A program made the position numbers and the translations under genes. This document shows, piece after piece, positions 1 through 12,943 of a DNA stretch of 64,000 nucleotides. Below the pieces are notes generated by a model. The model had not been told where the DNA came from. It made no database searches and saw nothing but the letters and a program-made list of their open reading frames with translations. The stretch is taken from positions 226,499-290,498 of the forward strand of contig NW_003314406.1 in NCBI RefSeq assembly GCF_000143415.4, read 5' to 3'. Source of the stretch: Selaginella moellendorffii. Its lineage: Eukaryota; Plantae; Lycopodiophyta. Numbering within the stretch: the stretch's first letter is position 1; each line of letters begins with the position of its first letter.

Positions 1-1778
1 AAGCCAAACGAGCATAACACATTTGGACTAAAAGTTCCAACTTGAAAAGGTCGAGAGTGGGAGTGGAACTCCCAACGAAGTGCTCGAGGAATGAGCACGA
101 AGCGAGCAATAAGCGAGGCTCCAAAAAGGGACCCAAAAGGACCAACACATGACACGTGGAAGTGTTTGAGATGGATCCGAGATGGACCCGAGTTGGAGTC
201 CGAAGTGGAGTCCGAGAAGGACTCCGAGATGGAGTCCGAGGTGGATTCTGAGGTGGAGTCCGAGGTGGACCCAAGATGGATCCGAGATTGAGTCCGAGAC
301 GGACCCGAGACGGAGTCCGAGATAGACCCGAAATGGACCCGAGATGGAGTCCGAGATGGAGTCCGAGATGGACCCGAGATGGAGTCTGAGATGGACCCGA
401 GGTGGAGTCTGAGATGGACCTGAGATGGAGTCCGAGATGGAGTCCGAGATGGACCCGAGATGGACCCGAGATGGAGTCCGAGATGGACCCAAGGTGGAGT
501 CCGAGGTGGACCCGAGATGGAGTCCGAGATGGACCCGAGATGGAGTCCGAGATGGAGTCCGAGATGGACCCGAGATGGAGTCCGAGCTGGACCCGAGATG
601 GAGTCCGAAGTTGAGACTAAGACCGGGACTGAGACCAAGACCGAGATCGGGACCGAGACCGAGATCGGGACCGAGACCGAGACCGAGGCCGAGGCCGAGA
701 CCGAGCCCGAGTCCGAGTCTGAGTCCGAGTCCGAGTCCGAGTCCGAGTCCGAATCCAAGTCCGAGTCCGAGTTCGAGTCTGAGAGGGTGAAAGCCCAAAG
801 CGTTCGTCTCCCAGACCCTGGGGGGTTTGGTGAGCTCCAAAAGTATAGTAAGGGGGAGGATTGTAGTGGAGCCAGTTTGGCCAAGAAAGGCCAGTTTGGC
901 CCAGGAAGGCCAGACCCAGTGTTGGGTGATGAGCTGCCCACTGGGAAGTCCAAGACTAGAGTGAACACGGACCGACAAGCGGGGTAGCTTGGTGAAGTGT
1001 TCAAGAACCGGCTCTAGTTCCCCCGGGAGATCGACTGGCCGATGCTCCCAGTCCAAGTGTGGGTGGCACTACCTACTTGGATACCTGGTGTGGCTCAACA
1101 AAACTTCGCTCTAAGCCCATGGCTAGAGCACCTAAAGGTGGAAGGTGGGGAGAGTACCCACGGGGCTCGCGTAGGGCCACGGTGTTCTGAAATGTTGTCC
1201 CAAAGTCCCAAATGGGGGAAAGGAGGAGGAGCAGTCCTCTAGTATAGTGACTACGGATACGGTCACATGGTGAGGAAGTCCCAGAGGACAATGGGACTTA
1301 GTGGCCAGGCTTGTGGGCCTTAATTCAATGGCAGTGTTGGTGAACACGGCCATGGACAGGAAGGGACTTGGTGGGGACCGGAAAGGAGACATTGGGGAAG
1401 GCTATTCCCCATGTCTGCAGGCATCCTGAGGATGCTATGGAGTGGATCTGGGATAGCCACCCATGGATGGATGGCCCAATCTTTGAGAGACGGGATTGCA
1501 ATGCAAATGGTGTTGGACCACCGATGTGACCAAGGTGGATGGGCATGGCCTAGCATAACGGGCTGGTATTTCAGTGGTACCTTGGGGTGTCGGTCATGGG
1601 ATCGGACACGTGGAGCACTTGGACCAGGTGCACAGGTTGAGTGGTGTGGATGCCATTCGTGGGGCTAGCAAGCCCCAAGTTCTGAATGGGACTTATGGAG
1701 GTTGCGAATGAGACTCCTCCAAGTGGTCGGAGGTGCGGTTAAGTGACTAAAGTAGAATGGAAAAATTAGTCGCTTACA
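1..1778 (+). mobile_element. LTR of family A, 5' end cut by the window edge, inserted in the 3' internal region of a family B element
   Basis: Same sequence as the LTRs at 22729-24556 and 48472-50399. It ends ...TTAGTCGCTTACA at 1778, and the following sequence matches B internal sequence near 28938. Confidence 0.9.
168..780. repeat. GAGATG/GAGTCC/GACCC/GAGACC 6- and 12-mer minisatellite inside LTR A; also at about 22960-23550, 43970-44380, 48840-49397 and 54877-55428, with a related array in the H LTRs
   Basis: Direct inspection. It produces the low-complexity SPRW/ES/RP/LG ORFs seen in several frames. Confidence 0.95.
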
Positions 1779-3186
1779 TAGGGGCGTATCACTCTTTTAT
1801 AAGCTAGGTGACACCCAAAGTAGCAAGGGTGGCTGACTCCGTTGGTCATTTCCTTGTCAGCAACGGCCGGAAGGTGTCTGAGCTAGTAACGCATCCGTGT
1901 TAGACAAAGAGGTTGCCTCCTAACTCATTTAAGTTGGTGCATTTCTCACATAGTATGAATACCGTGAACTTTTGCTAGAGTTGTTTCCTTGGCGGTATTC
2001 TAGACTCAAGTATGCATCGACGAGGATGTCGATCTTCCCTAGGGGGGGAGAGTGTGGTGAATGTGACTTCGGGTATCGAAAGTTACCTGTCATTTAGTCC
2101 TTACGGACACTCTTTCCTTACTGCCACGACGGCAGGAGGTCGGTATTGCTGGGCCCATTATCAATTCCCACTTGGGCTAGTTGAGAAACTGGTCAATGAC
2201 CGTGTACTTAAATCGGATAAACATAAGGTAAGAACCCTATGTGTTTTGTTGCTGAGCATACTCGACTTGCTTTGAGAAACTCCTGTCATTGGCTTGCACT
2301 TGTTAGTATCAGAATGCCCCGCGACATTGAGATTGGTCCCTCAATATTTGCTAGATGATAGCTTACTGTGTTTGCCAAACACCCTCGCTATCATGCCCTT
2401 TGTGTTAGTCTCATTTTGGTCCCAAATACTATTTATGGAAAGTGTTCAAATTTTCTTATTTGGCATATCTACGGAATGTAGAGATTGGCCTGAAGGCAAT
2501 GGTGTTCGTTTCATGTCCAAATTCACAATCTAGCGCCATTCCATATTTAGTAGGTTTCGAGCTTGTCTCAGAGACTAACTTCTGATACTAAGGGAGGCTT
2601 GGGGTGAAAGCCCAAAGTGTGTGTTCCTCAAGGGCAGGGGCTGTGGGGGGTTCTAAATGTATAGTAGGGATAGTGGGTAGGTCAGGCATGGCCGACCAAC
2701 CTAAGGCATAGTCTAGCTCCCGCTTGCATGCCTGTCCTTGTTCTGCATCCGGCTTGGGTCTAAGCCCAAGTTCATTCCATGTTAGCTGGTGGAGTACCCA
2801 TGTCCTTGCGTTAGGCCACCAGTATACCGAAATAGCGCCAGACTCTATTTGGCTATGTTTTGCGTGCTAGTCCTGGCAATGGGATGTTGGTTGCTCTAGG
2901 ACTGTTCCAAGTTGCTTTGGGCTCCTGTCCCTTCACTCCTTAGGCTATATGCTCAAGAGTTGCTCTGTGGTCCGGTTCTGTCACTCCTTGGATCCATGCT
3001 TGGGAGTTTGGCACTGTTCCTTCGTTCAATGGCCCAAGGCCCTGAACCTTGGGTTCTACACCACTATCCTTTGGACACGTGGCATATGACACATGGCATG
3101 TGCCACATGGCATAAAGAGGGTTTAGGTTCCACTTCGCCTATGGTAAATCACCATAGGATAAAGGGTAGAAACCACGTGTGCTACA
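1779..3186 (+). mobile_element. 3' end of a family B LTR element: internal tail, PPT (about 2041-2052) and 3' LTR 2053-3186
   Basis: AGGGGGGGAGAG is followed by TGTGGTGAATGTGACTTCGG...AACCACGTGTGCTACA. Homologous to 28938-30561. Confidence 0.9.
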
Positions 3187-4620
3187 GTTGTTTAACATGT
3201 TATTTACAATCTTAGATAGTTAAGTTTTATTATTGAGTTTTCTTGATTAACATTAGCTATTGAATTTTGTTTGATGATGAATCCTATGTTTTCCGATTAT
3301 GATAATGATCTTGGTGGTTCTTATACTATAATACTGGTTTATCAGATGATAACTTACTTAGAATACTTTTATATTTTAAGATAAGATTTATTCACTGATA
3401 ATTAAGTCGTCAAGATATAATTTTTTATAATTTTGATATTGTCCATCTATTGATCTTTCAGTTTGGGTTAGTATAGGAAAATTGGCTTCGGCACTTCATA
3501 TGCATAGTGAAATCTCTAGTCATGGTAGCTACTGTCAATTGGTCACATCACCTACCTCTCTCTTGATGTTCTTTATTCCATTTAAAAGGGTATGACTGTG
3601 TAAACAACTCCAACTACCTATTTACAATAGTCTATCTAAACCTTACCAATGGTTTGGTTTCTTTGTTTATGATGGTTGGGGCCTATAGCTTCTCTCTCTT
3701 TGCCTGGGTGTATCACACTTTTGTAAGCTGGGTGACACCCAGAGCAACAAAGGTGTCTAACTCTATTAGTCATTTCCTTGTCAGGGATGGCCAAAAGGTG
3801 TTTGAGTTGATAGTGCATTTGCGTTAGAGATAAAGGTTGCCTTCTAACTCATTTAAGTTGGTGCATTTCTCACAAAGTGTGAATACCGTGAACTTTTTCT
3901 GGAGTTGTTTCTTTGGCGATATTCTAGACTAGTGTATACATCGATGAAGACACTGATCTTCTTTAACAAGGGGAGGGTGTCGCAAATGTGACTGTGGGTA
4001 TCAAAAGTTACCTGTCAGCTAGTCCTTACGGACACTCTTTCCTTATTGCTACAACAATAGGAGGTCAACATTGCTAGTTTTAGGGCTTAGGGTTTAAGGT
4101 TTAGGGTTTATTGCTAGAGCTTTTATCAATTCCTTTTGTCCAAGTGTTAGTAGACTAGGCTTTGCATTTGTATTTGGCCGAAAGAGCATAAGGAAGGAAT
4201 TCTTAAGTGTTTATTACTTAGCTCAGTTTAAGTGTTTATTACTTAGCATACTTAGCTCAGTTTGTTAGTTCTCTTTCGCTCTATCTTGCACTTAGCTTAG
4301 CAAGAACCCTTGTGTATTAAGACTTGTCCCTCAGTATTGCTAGATGATAGCTTATCATGTCTGCCAAACACCCTTGCTATCATGCACCTTGTGTTAGTAC
4401 CATTTGGTCCCAAATGCTATTTATGGAAAGTATCTAGATTTGCTTATTTGGCATATTGATGGTATGTAGAGATTGTTCTGAAAACAATGGTGCTCATCCC
4501 GTGTCCAAATTTGTAATCTAAAAACATTCCATTTAATAAATTTCAAGCTTGTCCCAAAGACTAACTCTTGGTATTAATGATGGCTAAGGGTGAAAGCCCA
4601 AAGCATGTGTTCCTCAAGGG
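3187..4620 (+). mobile_element. Older, more decayed family B fragment (3' internal region plus partial LTR starting 3978)
   Basis: 3187-3977 resembles 28412-29211. A PPT-like tract precedes TGTCGCAAATGTGAC at 3978, and similarity fades near 4620. Confidence 0.8.
4078..4109 (+). repeat. Interstitial telomere-like (TTTAGGG)n tract flanked by an 8-bp direct repeat ATTGCTAG
   Basis: ATTGCTAG at 4070-4077 and 4110-4117. The tract is absent from the other B LTR copies. Confidence 0.8.
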
Positions 4621-5099
4621 TTCCATGAACAAAGATATCTACCATGGGATTATAGTGTGGGTGGATGACTAATTGCCTCATATAGAATAGTTAATTTACA
4701 CAATGGAAGGATTGGTAAATTCAGTGTGAAAATGGAGGTGTTGGTTCCCCTTGGCTCAATAAGACATTGAAATCTCTGAAGGGGGGTGAATGTAGTACAT
4801 ATGATCATGAGATGAAATTTGGATATACTGTCATTGTGAATTCTTGGAACCTTGGGGGATAAATGGGGATAAATAGCCAATAAGGGCTCTTTATCAAGAA
4901 AATTATTTTTTTCCAATTGGATTAAAGGGAGAGAGATAGGGTGTGCTATAACTAGTCATAATGGAAAGACACTTTCAAGCTACTTATCATTTATTTGTGA
5001 TTTAGGGGACTAAAGCACGTTTGGGGGAGGGGCAATAGTACAGAAAAGTTTGATAATATTTTTCTATCTGAATTTCCTTACAGATTACCTCTATTACAA

Positions 5100-6834
5100 G
5101 ATATGGAGTAAGAGATATACTAACTTCCTAGACTATGCTATGCCTTTTCTTGAGGTTCCTCACCACCTAACCACCCCTGAGCTACCTCAAAAACTCCACT
5201 ACGTTGCCGCTCCACTATAAGCCCTAGAGTAGGTTAAGTCCCTTACCCTAACATGCTTTAGTATACCCTTGAGCCTCCCTTTGACTGACATTGACCATGT
5301 GGTCAAAGCTAGTGCATGACAATTCTTCCCCCCGAATAAAGTCCTTGTCCCAAGAACAAGTTGTACTAGTGTATAGTGGGGAACCTTGGTCTAGCTTCCA
5401 TAGTGGTATACATCAAGGAGGCATTGGGCCCATCACTCTAAAATAGTACACCTTTCAACTAACTAATATAAAATACTAGATGAATTTTTACCCTAGCTGG
5501 CAGCCACACTTGATAAGCTACTTTACTAATGCGCTCCAACACTTCATATGGGCCAGTATATCGATAGAAAAGTTTATCACTCTTCTCTATCTGTAAAGGC
5601 ACCAAGATGTTCCGCTGCTCACTTGATGAAAAGATCACTCACACAAAAACGAGATCACCCACCTTATATTCCCAAAATTGGTGATGCTCATTAGCAAACT
5701 TCTCCGCTCTATCATAAACTGCCTGCAAATGCCATTTACACACCACCAGAATCTCATCAAATTCTATGGCTAGATCAGTCGCTTCATAATCAAGCTTATC
5801 TTGAACGTCCTTACTCAAATGCAATCTCAATTCCACCATTGTTTAGGGATGCTTTTTAAATATGCCAAAGTAAGGACTTAGCTTGGTTCCACTATATTGG
5901 CTATTGTTGTAAGTAAATTGCACCAACAAAAGATATAGATCCCATTGTCCTTGCCTTTAATCAATGCTACAATGTAGCATATCTTCCACCACCTAATTCA
6001 CACGCTCGGTTTGCCCATCTGTCTAAGGATGATCTCCACTCGAGAGTTTTAAAGTCACTTGCATAACCTTCGCAAAGCTCTTCCAAAATCCACTTGTGAA
6101 CTTTGAATCTTGATCACTAATGATGTCATAGCACCCCCATGGCACTTTAACCTGCTGATAGAGCTCGCATAATTTACAATACTCGAGAATGTCAACCTTC
6201 ATATTCCTCCAATAAAAATTGTGCTTAATCAACTCATATATCTTCTTCCCCCCAAAATGACTGGCCTCTGGACAATCATGATAGTGGAATAAAACTTGAG
6301 TAATTAATGCATCCACCGTGGCAAATATACACAGCCATTGTAGTAGAGAATCCCATCCATTAATGAGAAAGGGGCTGCCATCTAGTCTCACAAAAAGGCC
6401 ACCTTAGAATCCTAAACTTGAGTATGCTCAACCAACTGCCCAAACTTGCTGACCACTTTATTCAAATGATGACAAAACCGTGTTTGTAACGCCGTTACAT
6501 GACAAACATGAGATAAAGCATTTGCCACCACATTTGATTTTCCCTGACAATGCTCAATAGGAAACTCCCTAAACTCCATGAGTTTGACCATCCAACGAGC
6601 TTGCCTAATGTTCAACTCCTTCTATGTGAAAAGATACACATGTGGTTTGTGATCCGTCAACACCATGAACACTACACCATAAAGATAGTGCTGCCACGTC
6701 CGCAAAGCATGAACAATAAAGAGTAACTCTTGCTCATATATGGAATAGCGTTGTTCCATGGGATTCAAAGTTCGACTCTCATATGCAATAAGCTGTCCCT
6801 CTTGCATAAGAACTCCTCCCCACTGGTATTGCAT
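5100..6834 (-). mobile_element. Degenerate Ty3/Gypsy family C, 3' half (RNase H, integrase, PPT, short LTR about 5100-5321)
   Basis: ORF fragments GGVLMQEGQLIAYESR...EQELL...TWQHYLYG...TDH, GKSNVVANALS and IISDQDSKFTSGFWK; many stops. Confidence 0.85.
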
Positions 6835-9800
6835 GTCACTTGGTAAGGTTTCGATGGGTAGTGGAACTTTTGAGGTAGCTCAAGGGTGGTTGGGTGGTGA
6901 GGAACCTCATCTTTGTCTTTTTGTGCTAGATCATAACATTGGTATCAAAGGAGTTGGTTGTGATGGCTGACCAAGCTAAATGCTAGAATCCTATTGTCGA
7001 TGGTGGTGGTGACAATGGTGCCGACGGAGCTACGAAGATTTGGACCATTCAAGATGTTGTTCATGAGCTGCGAGCCCTTAATCGAAATCAGCAAGAGATG
7101 CAAAACAAAATGTATGGTATGATGGATACCATGCACTCGAGGCACTCAAGGCTGGATGTGGTAGTGCTCCAAGTAAGCCTTCCTTGGTAGATCATCTCAA
7201 GATTCCAACCTTTTTCGGTGATGGTGGTATGAATGAGTGTCTCACTTGGCTAGCTAATGTGAAGAAGTTTTTGGCTGTAAGGGAACTCCGGATGCAGAGG
7301 CTTTAGTGGCTATTCCAATGGTTTTGCGTGATACGGGTCTTCGGTGGTGGAATTGGTTTGAGGAGTCTTGTGTTGCGGATAAAAAACCACCAGTGTCTAC
7401 CATAGATGAGTTTGAGGCTGCTTTCCATTTAAGTTTTGCCCCTCACTATGATGTGGAGAATGCTCACACAAAACTTTAACATTTCCAGCAAGGGAAATGA
7501 CGCTCGGGGAATATATTGAGAAACTTACTTGCTTGATTGGCCGTATTCCAACAAAGGATCCAGATTAGAACAAGTTCTACTTCATTGATAGTCTTCATAG
7601 TGAGAGCATGTGGCAACACTTGCATCATTCTCAGCCTACAAGGAGTTTGGAGGACCTCTTTGATACGGCTCATCAACTTGACAATGATAAGCACAAGCGT
7701 TCGCAAAGTCTTTCTATCGAGAATCATTGTGATGATCACCATGGACATAAGGATGGGAACAAGCACCACAAGTTGAAGCTGTGGTGACTACTTTGGATGC
7801 AAAGGGGTCAAAGAAGCAAAAGCTCTTTGTAAAGAATTATAGACAAGTTGTCATCATTGCGGCAAGCTTAGACACTACAAGGTTGATTGTCCACAGCTAA
7901 AGAATAGCAGGGCAAAAAGAATGGCCAATCTTCTACTAACGGTAAGTCAAATATTAAAAAGTTGCAAACTTTGCAGCATGAGGATGACAAAGATAACCAT
8001 TCATGTCAGAAGAAGAGGTTTTCGATTGTTGTTTATTAACTCAACTGTGTATGGAATAAGATGGAGCTTGAGGATACTTGTGAATCAGCTTTAATGCTAA
8101 AGGGTGTGTTCCATGGCAGTCCAATGTGGATTTTACTAGATAGTGGGAGCGATAACAACTTTGTTTTTAGCAAAGTTTGTTACAGAGTATGGTCTAGTCA
8201 TATGAGGCATTCTTCCATACACGGTGGAAGGTGCAGCTACCTTTGCTTAGCATTTCGATACTTGTATCAAGGGGCTGGAAGTGTTAGTTAGCAAAACCAC
8301 ACTTGTGGAGACTTTTTATCTTGTGGATATCTATTGTGTGGATCTCATTCTTGGGATGTCATGGTTGGTGAAAGTGGATCTAGAGATAAAGTGGAGTATT
8401 AAGTGTGTCTCGCTAGAATATGGTGGCATTAAAGATGTGTGGTTTGGAGAGGGAGTTCAACCTCCAGTTGTTATGCTCTCTACTACATCTTTAAAGTGGG
8501 CTGTCGTAATAGAAAAACACTTTCGAGTTACTTGCTGTTTGTTTGTAACTTGGGGGACCAAGGCACATGTAGAGGAAAAACAACAGTATGGGATGTAATT
8601 GATGAGTTTTCTGATGTTTTTTCATCTAAACTTCCTCATGGGTTGCCTCCATTACGAAGTGTGGAGCATGGGTTTACATTGGAGCTGGGGACGTGGCCAA
8701 TTTATTAGTGTCCATTTCGGTTAAATTATATAAAGGAGTGCGAATTTCAACGATAAGTCAAGGAGTTACTTGAGTTTGGATTTATTCAGCCAACTAAGTC
8801 TCCGTTTGGTGCTTCAGTCTTGCTTGTGAAGAAGGACAGTTCAATATGGATATGTATAGACTACTGTGCCTTGAACAAAAAGATAGAGATCTAGTCTTCC
8901 TAAACTATACTATGCCTCCTCTTGAGGTTCCTCACCACCCAACCACCCTCGAGCTACCTCAAAAGCTCCACTACACTGCCGCTCCACTGTCCCTTACCCC
9001 AACATGCCTTAAAATACCCTTGAGCCTCCCTTTGACCGATGTTGACCACATGGTCAAAGTTGGTGCCTAAAAATATAAAGGAGCAAAAATAAGCTAAGGA
9101 GTTACATGAGTTTGGATTGATTTAGCCAAGTCTTTGTTTCGCACACCAATCTTGCTTGTGAAAAAGAATGACTTAATATAAATGTGTAATGATTATTGTG
9201 CTTTGAACAACACAAGGGTGAAATGACAATGTTGTATGTGGATAATATTTTAGACAATCTTGGTGAAACCTTAGTATTTACCAGGATTAATTTTAGGAGT
9301 GGATATTATCATATTGCAACAAATAACACATTTATCTCTAAGATGATATTCAAGATGATTTTCAGGCATTTTAAGTACATAGTTATGCCATTTAGATTGA
9401 TTAATATACCAACCACATTTACTCGGTTGATAATAGAAGTGTTTCTGCATTACCTACATGAGTTTGTGAAGATTTTCTTAGGGTATTTTTTTTTTTTAGA
9501 AAGAATATAAAGGAGTATAAGATGCATTTATATAAGGTTCTTTTGTTATTATGTGGCAGCAAACTTTATGTGAATAAGAGCAAATGTGAATTTGCAAAAG
9601 TTGAGGTGAAGTATCTAGGTTACATTTTGATATTTACAAGTGTCAAGACATATCCAAGAAAAGTGGTTATGGTGAAGGGCTTACATTGACTTTACAATAT
9701 TTCCAATACAAGTTTGTGAAGGTGGCTATTCCTTTGATACAATTATTGTATAAGAATGTGTCATTCAAGTAAAAGATGCCATATGAAGATAATTTTATAG

Positions 9801-11332
9801 TGTTAAAATAGTTGTTGAGCAAGGGTTTAGTGCTTTGTAATGCTTCACACTTTTGTTATTATTTGAGTAAAGTAGTTGGCAAGTTTGGGTAGTTGTTTGA
9901 GTATGCTCAAGCTTAGGATGCTAAGGTGGTCTCTTTGCAAGTCTAGATGGAAGCACCTTTCTCATTGATGGATGATATCTATTATAATATCTATGTGTAT
10001 TTAGCATGGGTAGATGTGTTGATTGATCAAGTTATATTGCACTATCATAATCACCTAAAGGCTTATCATTTTTAAGGGAATAAAGGAGTTAATTAAGTGT
10101 AATTTTAATAGAGGAATATAAAAGTTGATATCATTAAGTATTGTAAGTCATATAAACTCTATCACTAGGTACATGTGCTATAGGAGAAGTTAAGGGGAGC
10201 TTTGCAACCTTCACTTTTCCCTCAAAGCCATCACTGTAATATTTTTAGAGACTTTATCACTTGTTTCCCATAAATATATAAGCAAAAGGAGCAAATATAA
10301 ATCATAGTAGATTGATTGAAAAAGTATATGTAGTTGTTGGCTCTTTAAAAGACTATCACTACAAACTTGGCTATTGTCTTCTTAAAGAAAGTCTTTATTA
10401 ATTTTAGTTTGTCAAAAGACATTATTAACAATCGAGAATCAAATTCACTAATGAATTTTCAAAGAGCTTTGTGAACCTCTCAAGTGGAAATCATTTTCAA
10501 ACATATTGAGTGTATGAATTAGATGATGGAGGATATACTATGCTATAGCATTAGCAAGGCAGAGATAGTGGGATCTATATCTTCCATTGATACAATTCTC
10601 CTATAATAATAACCAATATAGTGGAATCAAACTAAATCTTTACTATATCATGTTTAAAAGGCATCTCAAAATAAGTTTGGAGTTAGGATTGCATTTAAGT
10701 AAGGATGTTTAGGAGAAGCTTGATTTGGAGGCAATTAACCTTGCCACAAAACTTGATGAGATTTTGGTGGTGTATAAACTAAAATTGTAGGTTGCTTAGG
10801 ACATAGTGGAGAAGTTTACCACCAATTTAAAAAATATAAGGTAGGAGATCTTGTATTTGTGTGAGCCAAAGATCTTTCTTTCTAATGAGTGGCAAAACAC
10901 CATAGTGTTTTTATGGGTGCGAAGGGTGATAAACTTTCTCACAGATATGCTAGTTTATATAACATATTAGAACATATTTGTAAGGTAGTTTATTAGATGC
11001 AATTGTCAATTGAGGTGAAGATTCATATAATATTTTATGTGAACCAGTTGAAATATGTACTATCTTGGGGTAAAGGTTCTAATGACTCCTTGATGTATAT
11101 GGTTATAAATGATGGATCAAGAGCTTGAATAAAGTTCCTATAAAATATGATAATTAGTTTGGGACAAGGATTTTGTTAAGGGGGAAGATAAATTGTTAAG
11201 CACCAACTTTGACCATGGATTAAAGGTTAGCTCAAATGTATATTAAAGCATGGACTTAAAATAAAGGCTTAACTTACCCTAAGGGTTTATAGTGGTGGTG
11301 GTGTAGTGGAGCTATTGAGATAGCTTGAGTGT
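6835..11332 (+). mobile_element. Degenerate, rearranged Ty3/Gypsy family C: LTR end 6938, PBS, gag, protease, RT, integrase, PPT; 3' LTR starts 11194 and resumes at 30567-30654
   Basis: TCATAACA followed by TTGGTATCA (PBS). Remnant gag knuckle near 7850-7890, ILLDSGS protease motif, LPHGLPPLRSVEH, RINFRSGYYHI. The 3' LTR is split by element B. Confidence 0.8.
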
Positions 11333-11551
11333 TGTCGCGAATGTGACTTCGGGTATCGAAAGTTACCTGTCAACCAATCCTTACGTACACTCTTTCCTTA
11401 CTGCCACGACGGCAGAAGGTCGGTATTGTTGGTTCCTTTTATCAGCCCCTCTTGTTCAAGTGTTAGTAAACTGGGCTTAGCACCTGTACTTAACCAGATG
11501 GACATAAGGTAGGAACTCCTATGTGTTTCTAGCTGAGCATACTCGGCTTGG

Positions 11552-11745
11552 TGTAAGCTCCTGAGTTTGGACTTCCCGGGAGGTCACCCAGCCCAGTACT
11601 ATTCAAACCCAAGGACGCTTAACTCCAACTATCCCAAGACCCTTAACCGATTGGAAAAGGGGGTGCACTCTTGTTCATGGGCCCTTTCCCTCTATATTTG
11701 AACCCCATGGATCGTCTCTCGAATCGTTCCCTTTGGTTGCTTACA
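11552..11745 (-). mobile_element. Cassandra-type TRIM solo LTR carrying a 5S rRNA-derived segment
   Basis: TGTAAGC...GCTTACA ends and perfect TSD CTTGG. The reverse complement contains GTTAAGCGTCCTTGGG...TAGTACTGGGCTGGGTGACCTCCCGGGAAGTCC (5S A and C boxes). The empty site is visible in the 3' LTR near 29425. Confidence 0.92.
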
Positions 11746-12549
11746 CTTGGCTCTTAGTTCTCTTTTGCTCTGTCTTGCACTGGCTTGACAAGAACCCTCA
11801 TGTATTGAGATTGGTCCCTCAATATCACTGGATGATAGCTTACCATGTCTGCCAAACACCCTCGCTATCATGCCCTTTGTGTTAGTTTCATTTCGGTCCC
11901 AAATGCTATTTATGGAAAGTGTCCAGATTTACTCATTTGGCATATTTACAAAATGTAGAGATCGGCTTGAACACAATGGTGTTCGTCCCGTGTCCAAATT
12001 CACAATTTAGGGACATTCCATATTTAGTAAGTTTCGAGCTTGTCCCAAAAATTAACTCCTGATACTAAGGGAGGCTTGGGGTGAAAGCCCAAAGTGTGTG
12101 TTTCTCAAGGGGGGGGGGGGGGGGGGGGGCTATAAGGGGTTCCAAATGTATAATAGGGATAGTGGGTAGGTCGAGCATAGCCGACCAACCTGAGGCATAG
12201 TCTAGCTCCCGCTTGCGTGCCTGTCCTTGTTCTGCATCCAGCTTGGGTCTAAGCCCAAGTTCCATTCCATGCTAGCTGGTGGAGTACCCATGTCCTCACG
12301 TTAGGCCACCGGTATGCTGAAATAGCGCCAGACTCCGTTTGGCTCCGTTTTGCATGCTGGTCTTGGCATTGGGATGCTGGTTACTCTAGGACTGTTCCAA
12401 GTCGCTCTGGGCTCCTGTCCCTTCGCTCCTTGGGCTGTACACTCGGGAGTTGCTCTATGGTCCGGTTCTATCACTCCTTGGCTCCATGTTGGGGAGTTTG
12501 GCACCGTTCCTTCATTCAGTGGCCCAAGGCCCTAAACCTCGGGTTCCAC

Positions 12550-12943
12550 TGTTAGGCACCAGGTCAAGATAATAGGATAAGGAAAGGGCCCTGCAATCAA
12601 GTGATCACCCCTTTAGCCAGTTGGCTTAGGGTGTAAGGGATATGATCCTAACATTGGTATCGGAGCCCAGTTCGATTCTCGTGGCTGACGAGTGGGGCAA
12701 GAATATTCTAAAGGAATATTCAACATGGTGGATCTAGAGGGAGAACCAAGGTTTGGTAGACCCTAAGAGAAGGACCATGGTGACCGGATGGTGGCCTAAG
12801 TATGATCGCGGACGATCATTCCCTGACGAGGGGGAGGATTGTCAGGCACCAGGTCAGGATAATAGAATAAGGAAAGGGCCCTGCAATCAAGTGATCACCC
12901 CTTTAGCCAGTTGGCTTAAGGTGTAAGGGATAGGATCCTAACA
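12550..12943 (+). mobile_element. Complete 394-bp TRIM (family E): LTRs 12550-12653 and 12840-12943, PBS 12655-12666, PPT about 12828-12838
   Basis: Two 104-bp TG...CA direct repeats, TGGTATCGGAGC, GAGGGGGAGGA, and flanking duplication TTCCAC. Confidence 0.93.

Noticed and set aside
168-780. CRISPR-like appearance of the regular repeats
   Set aside because: No unique spacers and no cas genes; the context is a eukaryotic LTR.
28-1056. Long ORFs in all A and H LTRs (LGLG, SPRW, ESES, RPRP and RDRD proteins of 200-400 aa)
   Set aside because: They are by-products of stop-free 6/12-bp minisatellites open in several frames on both strands. Frames differ between copies and no domain is evident.
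3070-3115. TGGCATG-rich cluster in B LTRs as further copies of the F palindrome
   Set aside because: It lacks the 8-6-8 dyad geometry and looks like a separate CACGTG/CACATG cluster.
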